Assembly (NCBI GenBank): GCA_964016885.1
Contig: CAXHJY010001749.1
Coordinates: 1 to 29,827 of the forward strand
DNA length: 29,827 bases
Source of the DNA: Eledone cirrhosa
Lineage: Eukaryota
Direction of reading: 5' to 3'
The notes below the pieces were generated by a model. The model did not search any database. It was not told the DNA's origin and saw only the letters and a list, made by a program, of their open reading frames with translations. How positions within the stretch are numbered: position 1 is the stretch's first letter; the number at the start of each line of letters is the position of its first letter. The position numbers and the translations under genes are program-made. This document shows positions 13,052-25,100 of this stretch, piece after piece.

Positions 13052-14770
13052 CACAGCAAACGAGAGAGATGACTTCATGAGCGTCATCCGACGCGAAACG
13101 AAATATGCTCAAAACGAATGCTGTAGGCATTTCAAGAAGAAATTAGAATGGATGAATAAGGAAAAACTACAAGAAAGGAAAATCGAATATTCTCAAAAAT
13201 ACCCAGATAACATCGACAACATCCGTATGAGTGATGTAAAACTACCGGAAGAATTTACCAATGACCACACAGTAAATATCTATGGGAACACTTTAATCAG
13301 TGAACAAGAACAACAAATCCTAAAGTTACCACCAAAATTTGCCATCTACAAAAAGATTAACCCTATGGAATGCAAAACGGAGCTGGAAAAGTGTTTCACA
13401 AAAATACGTTGGAATGCAAAGGTAAACAACAACAACAATAATAACGGTAGTAGTAATATAAACAATAACTCTGGGTATAGAAATAACAGCCATAACCATA
13501 ACAATGGCAGGAAAGTGAGAAATAGTGATAATGGTAATAATACTAGCGATAGACAGAACAACAACAACCACAATAATAATAATAATAGAAACGTTAACCA
13601 CAGACACAGCAACAGTGACCACAGTAGTAATGACGGTAACAATACGAACAACAACAACAACAATAACCACAGTGGTAATAATGGAAATAGTACATGTAGC
13701 AACATCAACAAAAACAAGAAACATAATAATAGTAACAACCACAATGGTAGAAATAGCAGTAACAACAACAACAATAACGGTGAAGTAAACAACAATACAT
13801 CTAGCAATCATAACAATAATAATATTAATGCTAATGATAGAAACAACAACAACCACCATGATAACAATAATAGCAACACACACAACTATGACGATAGAAA
13901 TAACGACAACCCCTTAGAGAAACTATTTTTCAACCCAGCTGACAAAACATATAAGATGGGTAATATCTATCCTACGAGGTTACCCTTTAATAAAAGAGTT
14001 TGCATACCACAGCAAATAGATGACGAGACGGAGGCACAGTTCACCATAGCTAGAAATAAGATTAGACAAGTAGTAGACAGGTACACTATGAGACAGAGCA
14101 GACCAGAGGCCCAACAACTTGGGATAAAACCTGTAGAAGGCTTGGTTAGCCTCAAGCAGCGCACAAGGGATGGTGAGGTAGTGTGTCTACCCACAGATAA
14201 GTCCGGTAGGATGTCAATAGATAGCATGCCGAACTACATCGAGGCAATGCAACCCCACATCACCAACACGAGCGAAGTTGCACAACTAACACACGATGGG
14301 AGAGAAAAAATCCTCAACGCTCACATGATGATGTGGACTGACATCCTAAAGCCAAGCAGACGCACTGCCAACAACTTCCAGGCGTCTAACAATGGCATAC
14401 CACCCTTGTATGGGCTCCGCAAAGACCACAAGACAGTCGACGACCCGACAACAGGACCACCAACAAGACCCGTATGCGGAGCTAATATAGCTAGCAACTA
14501 CAGGATCTCCTACTTCCTCTCAATGGTTATACGCCCCATAATCAAGATGTCCCCAGATGTATGTGAAAGTACAGAGGACCTCCTCAGCAGAATCAGTGAG
14601 TGCAACAAAAACAGGAGCCTATCCAACTGCATAATAGGCAGCATGGATGTGGTGTCACTGTACCCATCCATTAACATTGATTTTGCTGTGAAAAGATGTG
14701 TGGAGATGATCATTGAGAGTGAGGTGGAGTTCTGCGACGTCGACACAGACGAACTGGGCCTCCTACTTAT
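13048..14770 (+). CDS. PLE ORF N-terminal half (Asn-rich insert, RT motifs 1, 2 and A; partial ORF)
   Basis: ILKLPPKFA...KIRW, PTDKSGR, LYGLRKDHK, PPTRPVCG and SMDVVSLYPSI are typical PLE N-terminal/RT motifs. Similarity ends at DTDELGLL. The ORF-track ends (12954 and 14837) run into neighbouring sequence. Confidence 0.88.
13425..13910 (+). repeat. In-frame (AAC/AAT)-rich low-complexity tract encoding ~160 aa of Asn-rich sequence
   Basis: Directly visible, with no stop codons in the PLE frame. Confidence 0.9.
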
Positions 14771-14943
14771 GTATATGTTAAGAAGGATTTTACAAGGTGA
14801 AGATAGAAAGAGGGTAATGAGTAAACAAGTATTATAGAGTGTATAATGCCCTTTGAAGTAAGGTAGGAAGATGGGTATATTTTAAAGAAGTGTATGTATA
14901 TGTGCCTTTGAGAAAAGATTCTAAATTGATAAAGAATTGAATA

Positions 14944-15318
14944 TTAACTGTATACTTTGTGAAAAGTCCTATGGAATTTATGCAGGCAGATAGAAAACAA
15001 ATCTGTACGTCTATTTATTATAGAATCTAGATTAGAGATAATGGTAAATTTTTCATTTAGGCAGAGATTACAGATTTTAGATAGAGAGCTGTTCAAGTAT
15101 GAGGATGCAGGAGAAACCTTCTTCCAAAAGATGGTATATTTAATGTTTTTGTCTTTCAAGGACCATATGAGTTCTGAGAGAGCCGTGTTGGTTCTTTTAA
15201 GTTTGTATTTGAAAGATGAATGGTGATTATAGAGACGAGCTTTAAAAGAGGTGGAAGTGGAGCCAAAATAGGTGAAGGAATTGGTGCTAGTTATAACTTT
15301 ACATTCATAAATTAAGTT
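14944..15318 (-). pseudogene. GIY-YIG endonuclease domain fragment (inverted copy)
   Basis: NLIYECKV...TYFGST...FKARLYNH...LSELIWSLK...CNLCLNEK...INRRTDLFSICLH*. Confidence 0.8.
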
Positions 15319-15322
15319 TTTA

Positions 15323-15697
15323 AACTTAATTTATGAATGTAAAATTATAACTAGCACCAACTCCTTCACCTATTTTGGCTCCACTTCCACCTCTTTTAAA
15401 GCTCGTCTCTATAATCATCATTCATCTTTCAAATACAAACTTAAAAGAACTAACACTGCTCTCTCAGAACTCATATGGTCCTTAAAAGACAAAAACATTA
15501 AATATAACATCTTTTGGAAAAAGATTTCTTCTGCATCCTCGTACTTGAACAGTTCTCTATCTAAAATCTGTAATCTCTGCCTAAATGAAAAATTTACCAT
15601 TATCTCTAACCTAGAATCCATAATAAATAGACGCTCGGATTTGTTTTCCATCTGCCTGCATAAATTCCATAGAACTTTTCACAAAGTATACAGTTAA
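15323..15697 (+). pseudogene. GIY-YIG endonuclease domain fragment of a PLE (no start codon, absent from the ORF track)
   Basis: An open frame of 124 codons reads NLIYECKIITSTNSFTYFGSTSTSFKARLYNHHSSF...CNLCLNEK...CLHKFHRTFHKVYS*. Confidence 0.82.
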
Positions 15698-16138
15698 TAT
15701 TCAATTCTTTATCAATTTAGAATCTTTTCTCAAAGGCACATATACATACACCTCTTTAAAATATACCCATCTACCTTACTTTAAAGGGCATTATACACTC
15801 TATAGTACTCGTTTACTCATTTACCTCATCCTATCTTCTCGTAAAACAATAACATTTGTTTTTGACATTTTGAATATTCATCCGCAATCATTATTATTTT
15901 TTTTCCCTCTATCATAAATCTTTTTAATCTCAATTTCATCCTTAATTTATTATTATATATTTTTTTTAATATATACTCATATATTCTTTAAAATATACCC
16001 ATCTACCTTACTTTAAAGGGCATTATACACTCTATAATACCCGTTTACTCATCACCCTCATTATATCTCCTCGTAAAACAATAACATTTGTTTTTGACAT
16101 TTTGAGTATTCATCCGCAATCATTATTATTTTTTCTCT

Positions 16139-16324
16139 GGGTGGTGGATTGGCAGTATCGGTAGAGGGTCGGACGCCATGCTTTCCAGCATAGTTACGTC
16201 CCTTTATGATCTGAGTTCAAATCCCGCCGAGGTTGACTTTGCCTTTCATCCTTACGGGGTCGATAAAATAAAGTACCAGTAATGCACTGGGTAATTTGCT
16301 GGCCTTGTGCCTAAAGTAGAAACA
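16139..16324 (+). mobile_element. tRNA-derived SINE (second family) with 17-bp target-site duplication
   Basis: A-box-like TGGCAGTATCGG, B-box GAGTTCAAATCC and central GCCTTTCATCCTTACGGGGTCGATAAA. The TSD ATTATTATTTTTTCTCT is at 16122-16138 and 16325-16341. Confidence 0.88.
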
Positions 16325-17131
16325 ATTATTATTTTTTCTCTCTATCATAAATCTTTTTAATCTCAATTTCATCCTTAATTTATTATTATTTTTTTCTCCC
16401 CATCAACGAACTCATTATTAATACATATGAATTCAATATAAAAACTTTAACTTCACATTATTTTTCTCAAATCCTATACATAAACTTTTTCTCTTTGCTA
16501 ATTTTAAAATTCCTACATTTCTCCTTTTGAATATTCACCCACAATTATTATTTTTTTTTTTTTTTCTCTCTATCTCCATACATAATCTCCCTTCGTTATT
16601 TTTTTCTCTCTATCTCCATACATAATTTCCCTTCGTTAATTTTCAAATTCCTTTAATTTATACATTATCTTCCAACGGTTCCCAACCTCTCTATATTAAA
16701 ACATTATATCTTTTTCTCAGTTATAAAAACTATCTCTTTCTCTCTATCACCCATCTCTCCCTTTCCACCTTCACTCTCATCTCCTCCCCTTTTTTTTCAT
16801 CCTTTCCACCCCCACCCCTCCCTAAATATAATATATTTTTTCCTCGCACATATCCTCCCTTCGTTAATTTTCAAAATTTTTAATTTATACAGTATCTTCC
16901 AACGGTTTTCAACCCCTCTATATAAAATATATCTCCTCTCTGTTATAAAAACTATCTCTTTCTCTCTATCACCCATCTCTCCCTCTCATCTCCTTCCCTT
17001 TTCATCCTTTTCTCTCCCCCCCTCTCTAAATAAAATATTTTTCCCAATATCACACATCAATCTAAAACCACTTTTCATATGTTGATTTAAAACTGCACTA
17101 TCAACAAGTGTTTTTTTAGCCTTCATATCAT

Positions 17132-17217
17132 GTTCTCCTGTTTTATCTGATGAAAACACAAATATTATTGTTTGATGATGTTTGTTTTTGAAATGCGCAT
17201 AATAAAATATATTGAAC
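17132..17217 (+). ncRNA. Type I hammerhead ribozyme (family 1) at the PLE 3' end
   Basis: CTGATGA at 17147-17153, GAAA at 17190-17193, TGCGCA-TA, and stem I TTTTAT/ATAAAA. Confidence 0.85.
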
Positions 17218-17245
17218 TCCTTTAACCATCTTTTGATCTTATATT

Positions 17246-18322
<1,077 letters not shown>

Positions 18323-18323
<1 letters not shown>

Positions 18324-18920
18324 GGTGGCTGCCAACTCGTTTTCGAGTACGGCCACTACTTTATATCCATGTAGGAGAACCCCTACCGAAGCGCTGAACG
18401 AGTGTGACTTTTTAGTCCAGCCAGCGACTTGAAACCTCTGGTACAAACACAACACTTGTGACAATTATTGACACATAGTGCTGGGCCCATGGTACCATGT
18501 GAGGACAAGTGCAGAGAGATCTCCAGATATAAAGCAATGCCTGTGCCGTGAAGCTTTTATAGTGAGCAAAGGCACTGCACAAAGCCAGTCCCACTCTCTT
18601 AACCAACATGATATTTACCAAAAAGAAGAACAAGTCAACATCATTGGATACCATCAGGGTTGCAGGTGTTATATCAGAGTTTTCCTTCTCCTAGAATTCT
18701 GCCTTGATAAAGGCTAAGGGGTCATCTCTCCCGGTGATTTTGGATGGCCATTGACTCTTAAGAGCTCCTTTGCCCTTTGACAGGTTTTGTTTTTAGTCCT
18801 GCAGGATGTCCAAAGTCACCCTCCTCACCAAGAAACCTTGGTGGGGTTGCCAGTTTAGTCGCCAACGACCCGACCATGAGACAGGTTGTACTGGGATACA
18901 TGTTACCAGTAGCACCAACA
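18323..18920. other. Unclassified ~600-bp non-coding insert, possibly a retroelement 5' UTR
   Basis: A complex-sequence island bounded by TA arrays, with several short hairpins and no convincing ORF. Confidence 0.35.
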
Positions 18921-18971
18921 TATATATATACATACATATATATATATACATACACATATATATATATATAC

Positions 18972-19022
<51 letters not shown>

Positions 19023-19121
19023 TATATACATATACATATATATATATATATACATATATATATACATATACATATATATATATATATATACATATATATA
19101 TACATATACATATATATATAC

Positions 19122-19168
<47 letters not shown>

Positions 19169-19175
19169 TATATAC

Positions 19176-19218
<43 letters not shown>

Positions 19219-19225
19219 TATATAC

Positions 19226-19264
<39 letters not shown>

Positions 19265-19271
19265 TATATAC

Positions 19272-19336
<65 letters not shown>

Positions 19337-19351
19337 TATATACATATACAT
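18921..19351. repeat. (TA)n/(TACA)n microsatellite
   Basis: Directly visible. Confidence 0.95.
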
Positions 19352-19750
19352 ATCATCACCATCATCATCATCAACGTTTAACGTCCGTGTTCCACGCTTT
19401 CATGGGTTTGGACGGGGGTAGTCCCACTTGAGGCAAGAGTGATTGTCTTGCTCGCATAGGACTGTCTGGCAGGTTTTCTACAGTTGGATGCCCTTCCTAA
19501 CACCAACCACATTTACAGTGTGGGTCTGGGAGGTTTTTACCGTGTTGCCTACACGGCCACATTACAGCGTGGACTGTGTGTTTTTTTGTCGTGACACCTA
19601 CACGATCTCATTTGTTTCGGCCTCGATGGCGCGGCACCAACATAACTTTACATAGAACGGGGTGGTGTGGATCGGGTGGGGGTGGTGGTGGTGGGACGGG
19701 GTGTATTTTGTTAGAGATGCCTACTGGCTGGAGTAGGTTTTACTATATAT

Positions 19751-22700
19751 TTAGGTAAGGCGGGTCTTCTCTGTTACTGAGTACCGCCAAAAGTCTCGGT
19801 CCAGTGACATTGTCTTGGAGAGGTGTAAGTGTGTGATGTCGGAGTTTATCAGCTCGTCCCAGGTTTTTCTAGGTCTGCCTATTCCGTGACTACCGTCTAT
19901 CTTTATTGCCCTGCACTTTGTTATACAGCTATCGACTTTCATGCGCATCACGTGTCCATACCAACGTAGCCTTCTCTCGAGTAAACAACATCTGATCCCT
20001 CTTATCTCTAATTTTTTCCTTAGTTCGTTTATGCTTTGCCGTTCACGTATATTACTGTTACACATCCAGCGGAGCATGCAAGCTTCGTTCCTCTCTAGTC
20101 TGCGTATATCCTCTGCACACAATGCCCAGGTCTCACTGCCATGCAGCATTGCTGTTCGTATGCAGGCATCGTACAACCTGCCTTTCATTTTTAGTGAGAA
20201 CCCTTTAGCAGCTAATAGTGGTATAAGCTCTCTGAACTTTTTCCAACCAGTTCTGACTCTAGCTACAGTACTTTCAGAGCACCCTCCCCCACTGCTGATT
20301 TTATCGCCCAGGTAACGGAAGCTGTCCACTATTTCTATAGAACCCTCTGCGCAATTGAAAGAGCTAGTAGTTTGTGGGCACTTGCTGCTACTTATTGCAC
20401 CAGAGCACCGGCCACATGTAAAATCTATGTTCTTAGTTAGCTTACCTGTGATCCCACTACATCTTTTATGCACCCATACTTTGCATTTAGGACATAAAAT
20501 GGAGTTTCTACCTACGCCTTTCCTACACACCAAGCACGACCATTTCCCAGAAGGGACCGCCGCCTTGTTTTCTTTCCTACAAACTAGTACTTTGGTCTTA
20601 GCCAGGTTAATTTTAAGTCCTTTTGACTCTAGGCCGTGCTTCCATGTTTGGAATTTCTTCTCTAGCTATGATTCCGCTATGAGTGTCAGGTCGTCTGCGT
20701 AAAGGAGTTCCCATGGGCAGCCTGTCTTGAACTCCTCTGTTATAGCCTGAAGGGCAATAATAAATAGTAGTGGACTGAGAACAGAGCCCTGATGGACGCC
20801 AACTTTTACGCTAAACTCTTCACTATATTCGTTGTTAATTCTAACCTTGCTGACTGTTTCTTTATACATGGCTTGTATAGCCCTCACAAGCCATTCGTCA
20901 ACGCCTAGTTTTCTAAGAGCCCACCAGATAATGGAGCGGGGGACTCTGTCGAAGGCTTTCTCCAAGTCGACAAAAGCTAAGTAGAGGGGTTTACCTTTAG
21001 CTAGGTACTTCTCCTGTAGTTGTCGTACTATGAAAAGAGCGTCTGTGGTACTTTTGCCTGACACAAACCCGAACTGCATTTCATCTAGGTCAATTCTCTC
21101 TCTGATTAGTTGCGCTATTACTCTTTCCGTGACCTTCATGACCTGGTCGATTAATTTAATGCCTCTATAGTTACTCCTATCTAGGGCGTCTCCTTTACCC
21201 TTATAACAGTTAACGATGATGCTGCTATGCCAGTCCTTCGGAACAACCCCATTCTGTACGACTTGGTTAACTATGCGGGTGACCATGGTGTGTCCCACCG
21301 TGCCAGATGCCTTCAGCATCTCAGCAACTATTTCCGAAGGCCCAGCCGCCTTACCAGTCTTCATATCCTTGATTGCCTTACTTATTATACTCCCCTCGAC
21401 TAACACTGCTGGTCCCTCTATTGGGTCGATATGGGGGAGACTGCCTTTCTCCCAATTATTCTCCTCATTTAGAAGCCTTTCATAGTGACACTTCCAAGCT
21501 ACCTTCTTATCAGCGTCGGTGATGGCAAGTGTGCCATCGTCGTTTAGTACACACTTCTCCCCGACAATATCACGGTTTTCCTTGACGCATTGCCTAGCAA
21601 TCCTGAACACCTCACGTTTTTGGTCATCGCGTTGTAGAACATGCTTGAACTTTCTTTCCTCAGCTTCCCTTCTTGCTAAGTACACTTGTCTCCTAGCTTC
21701 CCTCCTGGCCACTTGATAGTCCTCTCTACTTCCCCCATCCCGCCATACTTTCCAAGCCTGCTTTTTGGCCTTAATTGACCCCTCCACCTTACTGTTCCAC
21801 CACCATGTTACTCTCCTCCTGCCTACAGGCCTGCTCCAGCCACAGACCTCGTCTGTCGCCAACAGCAGGTTTGCTTTCAGAAATTCCCACTCTCCCTCTA
21901 TATTGTCCGACTCTAAATGTTCTTCCTTACTGTCGAAAGCATCAAGTAATATGCTTTGAAATTTATTCCTGGCTGTGGGGTCCTTTAGCTTCCATATTTT
22001 CCTCCTGAGGATAGTCCTCTTCTGTTGTCGAGTACGTCTCGTCCTGACTATGAGGTCGCTAATTATCAGTCTATGTTGGGAGGTGCATTCTTCATGGGGG
22101 AGGGATTTAGTGTTAACAACAGACACTCTGTCACGTCTTCTGGTAAGGATATAATCTACCTGGCTTGTGTGTTCCCCGGATCTATAGGTGATCAGGTGAT
22201 TGTCACGTTTTTTGAAGTTAGTGTTACAGATAGTTAGGTTATTTGCATCACAGAATTCCAGGATTCTGGCGCCTTCCTCATTTCTAGTACCAAACCCATA
22301 GCCTCCATGGATTTCGTCGTAGCCGTCACAATGTTGTCCAACGTGACCATTTAGGTCGCCTGCGATAATTATATAGTCACTGTCGGATATTTGGGAGGTA
22401 GTTAGCATCAGTGTCTCATAGAATCTGTCTTTTATAGTGCCGGGCAGTCCGGATTGGGGTGCGTACGCAGATATTACTGTCACCGTAGTTCTATTGAGGA
22501 CAAGTCGTATTTTAATTATTCTGTCGTTCACTCTATTTACGTCTATTATCTTATCTGCCCACTTTTCTGCTACCATGATTCCTACTCCACCCAGCCCATC
22601 GTCGTTTCCCACCCAGAAAAGCTTATAACATTGTTTTTTACCCTCAATGAACCTAGCAGACCCACCCCTCCACCTGGTCTCTTGAATACAACAAACATCG

Positions 22701-23185
22701 ACCTCCTTACGTTCAAGCATTTCTACAACCTCGTTAGCGCGACCCTTTAGGGTGCCTACATTTATGGTACCAACTCTGAAGTTTTGGATTGCGTTTGGGG
22801 GTTGGGGGCGGTGAGGGGCGGGGGGCGATGGGGTTATGTTAGCCGTCCGCGGTCGAAACAATGAGGAGTGCTCGCATTCTCGTCCAAGGGGTGAATTTGT
22901 CTTTATCTTTGGCATTGTCGCTGAGCGTCCAGATTTTTCTCTCTCACCTCCACTCTCCAGGATTCCGCAGTCCATCCATCCATCATATATCGTATATCGA
23001 AAGGCAACCAGGCAAGCGATAGTATAGGCCTCTGGTTTCTGATTGGTCCGCGTAATAATACTGGTGATGCGTGGGGGCTCTGTTTTATGATTGGTCCACG
23101 TAATAGCAATGGTGGTGTGTGGGGGTGGGAGGGAGGGGTGTTGGGCAGCTAGCAAGAAGGTAATGATTGAGTGGGGTCCATGCAT
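19751..23185 (-). pseudogene. RTE APE endonuclease + reverse transcriptase ORF with one in-frame TAG
   Basis: APE motifs: GTINVGTL, CCIQETRW, AGDLNGHVG, SQVDYIL, SQHRL. RT motifs: NYRGIKL, QFGF, DLEKAFD, GVHQGSVLSP, YADD. ORFs 20666-23185 and 19751-20533 are in the same frame, separated by the stop at 20666-20668. The true start may be a downstream Met. Confidence 0.93.
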
Positions 23186-25011
23186 TTAACAAGCGATTAA
23201 CAAAAATACAAAATTTGTTCTGTTAAATACGTCCAAAAACCTACGTATTTAGCAATTAATAGAAACAGAAAATGTAGTTTGTTTTAGCGATAGATTGGCT
23301 ATTTGGACTTGATACGAATATGGATTGTTTTGAAAATACGCTAGGAGAGAGAGAGAGAGAGATGAAGTCTGTACATTACGTTTACATGAATATCGTGGGA
23401 CAGCAAGCAATGAAATGAAATTTGGCGAAGTGAATTCCTATCATATATTTATAGGGAGAGAGAGAGAGAGTGAGAGAGAGCGAGGGGAGGGGACCACATG
23501 ATGGCTGTGGGTGTTAGGCGTTTGACCGCCCCGCGCCTTCGAAGAAGGAAGAAGGAAAGGATTTTGCTTTTTTGTTTTGAAGATACGCTAGAATTAGGGA
23601 TTGGGGTTTGAAAATACGTTAGGAATTAAGGTTTGAAAATAGCTAGCAAGAAGGTAATGATTGAGTGGGGTCCATGCATTTAACAAGCGATTAACAAAAA
23701 TACAAAATTTGTTCTGTTAAATACGTCCAAAAACCTACGTATTTAGCAATTAATAGAAACAGAAAATGTAGTTTGTTTTAGCGATAGATTGGCTATTTGG
23801 ACTTGATACGAAATATGGATTGTTTTGAAAATACGCTAGGAGAGAGAGAGAGAGAGATGAAGTCTGTACATTACGTTTACATGAATATCGTGGGACAGCA
23901 AGCAATGAAATGAAATTTGGCGAAGTGAATTCCTATCATATATTTATAGGGAGAGAGAGAGAGAGTGAGAGAGAGCGAGGGGAGGGGGCCACATGATGGC
24001 TGTGGGTGTTAGGCGTTTGACCGCCCCGTGCCTTCGAAGAAGGAAGAAGGAAAGGATTTTGCTTTTTTGTTTTGAAGATACGCTAGAATTAGGGATTGGG
24101 GTTTGAAAATACGTTAGGAATTAAGGTTTGAAAATAGCTAGCAAGAAGGTAATGATTGAGTGGGGTCCATGCATTTAACAAGCGATTAACAAAAATACAA
24201 AATTTGTTCTGTTAAATACGTCCAAAAACCTACGTATTTAGCAATTAATAGAAACAGAAAATGTAGTTTGTTTTAGCGATAGATTGGCTATTTGGACTTG
24301 ATACGAAATATGGATTGTTTTGAAAATACGCTAGGAGAGAGAGAGAGAGAGATGAAGTCTGTACATTACGTTTACATGAATATCGTGGGACAGCAAGCAA
24401 TGAAATGAAATTTGGCGAAGTGAATTCCTATCATATATTTATAGGGAGAGAGAGAGAGAGTGAGAGAGAGCGAGGGGAGGGGGCCACATGATGGCTGTGG
24501 GTGTTAGGCGTTTGACCGCCCCGTGCCTTCGAAGAAGGAAGAAGGAAAGGATTTTGCTTTTTTGTTTTGAAGATACGCTAGAATTAGGGATTGGGGTTTG
24601 AAAATACGTTAGGAATTAAGGTTTGAAAATAGCTAGCAAGAAGGTAATGATTGAGTGGGGTCCATGCATTTAACAAGCGATTAACAAAAATACAAAATTT
24701 GTTCTGTTAAATACGTCCAAAAACCTACGTATTTAGCAATTAATAGAAACAGAAAATGTAGTTTGTTTTAGCGATAGATTGGCTATTTGGACTTGATACG
24801 AATATGGATTGTTTTGAAAATACGCTAGGAGAGAGAGAGAGAGAGAGATGAAGTCTGTACATTACGTTTACATGAATATCGTGGGACAGCAAGCAATGAA
24901 ATGAAATTTGGCGAAGTGAATTCCTATCATATATTTATAGGGAGAGAGAGAGAGAGTGAGAGAGAGCGAGGGGAGGGGGCCACATGATGGCTGTGGGTGT
25001 TAGGCGTTTGA
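23147..25011. repeat. Tandem array of ~495-bp units (about 3.8 copies, nearly identical)
   Basis: AGCTAGCAAGAAGG starts at 23147, 23641, 24136 and 24631. The last unit is truncated at 25011. Confidence 0.95.
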
Positions 25012-25028
25012 CATATACATATATATAC

Positions 25029-25082
<54 letters not shown>

Positions 25083-25100
25083 TCAAGGAATATATATATA

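Larger units (their letters stand above)
10995..14770 (-). mobile_element. Penelope-like retroelement (Naiad-like) with inverted 5' half
   Basis: The C-terminal RT+GIY-YIG is on the minus strand (about 13050 to 11570) and the N-terminal part is on the plus strand (about 13048-14770). The putative 3' UTR is 11569-10995, and its boundary is uncertain. Confidence 0.82.
14775..17245 (+). mobile_element. Second PLE family: 5'-truncated GIY-YIG end with fold-back, long pyrimidine-rich 3' UTR and terminal hammerhead
   Basis: GIY-YIG coding at 15323-15697 with an inverted copy at about 14775-15320. The internally duplicated UTR leads to the hammerhead at 17132-17217 and then (TA)n. Confidence 0.75.
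19352..25011 (-). mobile_element. Near full-length RTE-clade LINE with tandem 5' monomers
   Basis: A single APE-RT ORF, a 3' UTR and a (GAT)n tail at about 19352-19371. The upstream tandem array at 23147-25011 is contiguous with the ORF; its membership in the element is inferred. Confidence 0.88.

Noticed and set aside
13326-13883. Hydrophobic Val/Ile/Leu-rich minus-strand ORFs resembling membrane proteins
   Set aside because: They are antisense readings of the AAC/AAT tract.
18323-18410. HDV-like ribozyme
   Set aside because: P1- and P2-like pairings exist but no P3/L3/P1.1 arrangement could be fitted. Kept only as an unexplained structure.
19659-19702. G-quadruplex-like G-rich tract
   Set aside because: It is part of the RTE 3' UTR in each copy that spans it and is C-rich on the element's sense strand. 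No evidence of separate function.
19941-23027. Plus-strand ORFs overlapping the RTE, and similar antisense ORFs in the other LINEs
   Set aside because: They are shadow frames of the LINE ORFs with no recognisable motifs.
23147-25011. LTRs, a CRISPR array or a hammerhead retrozyme array
   Set aside because: The units are head-to-tail with no spacers, lack TG..CA/PBS features, and show no hammerhead core on either strand.
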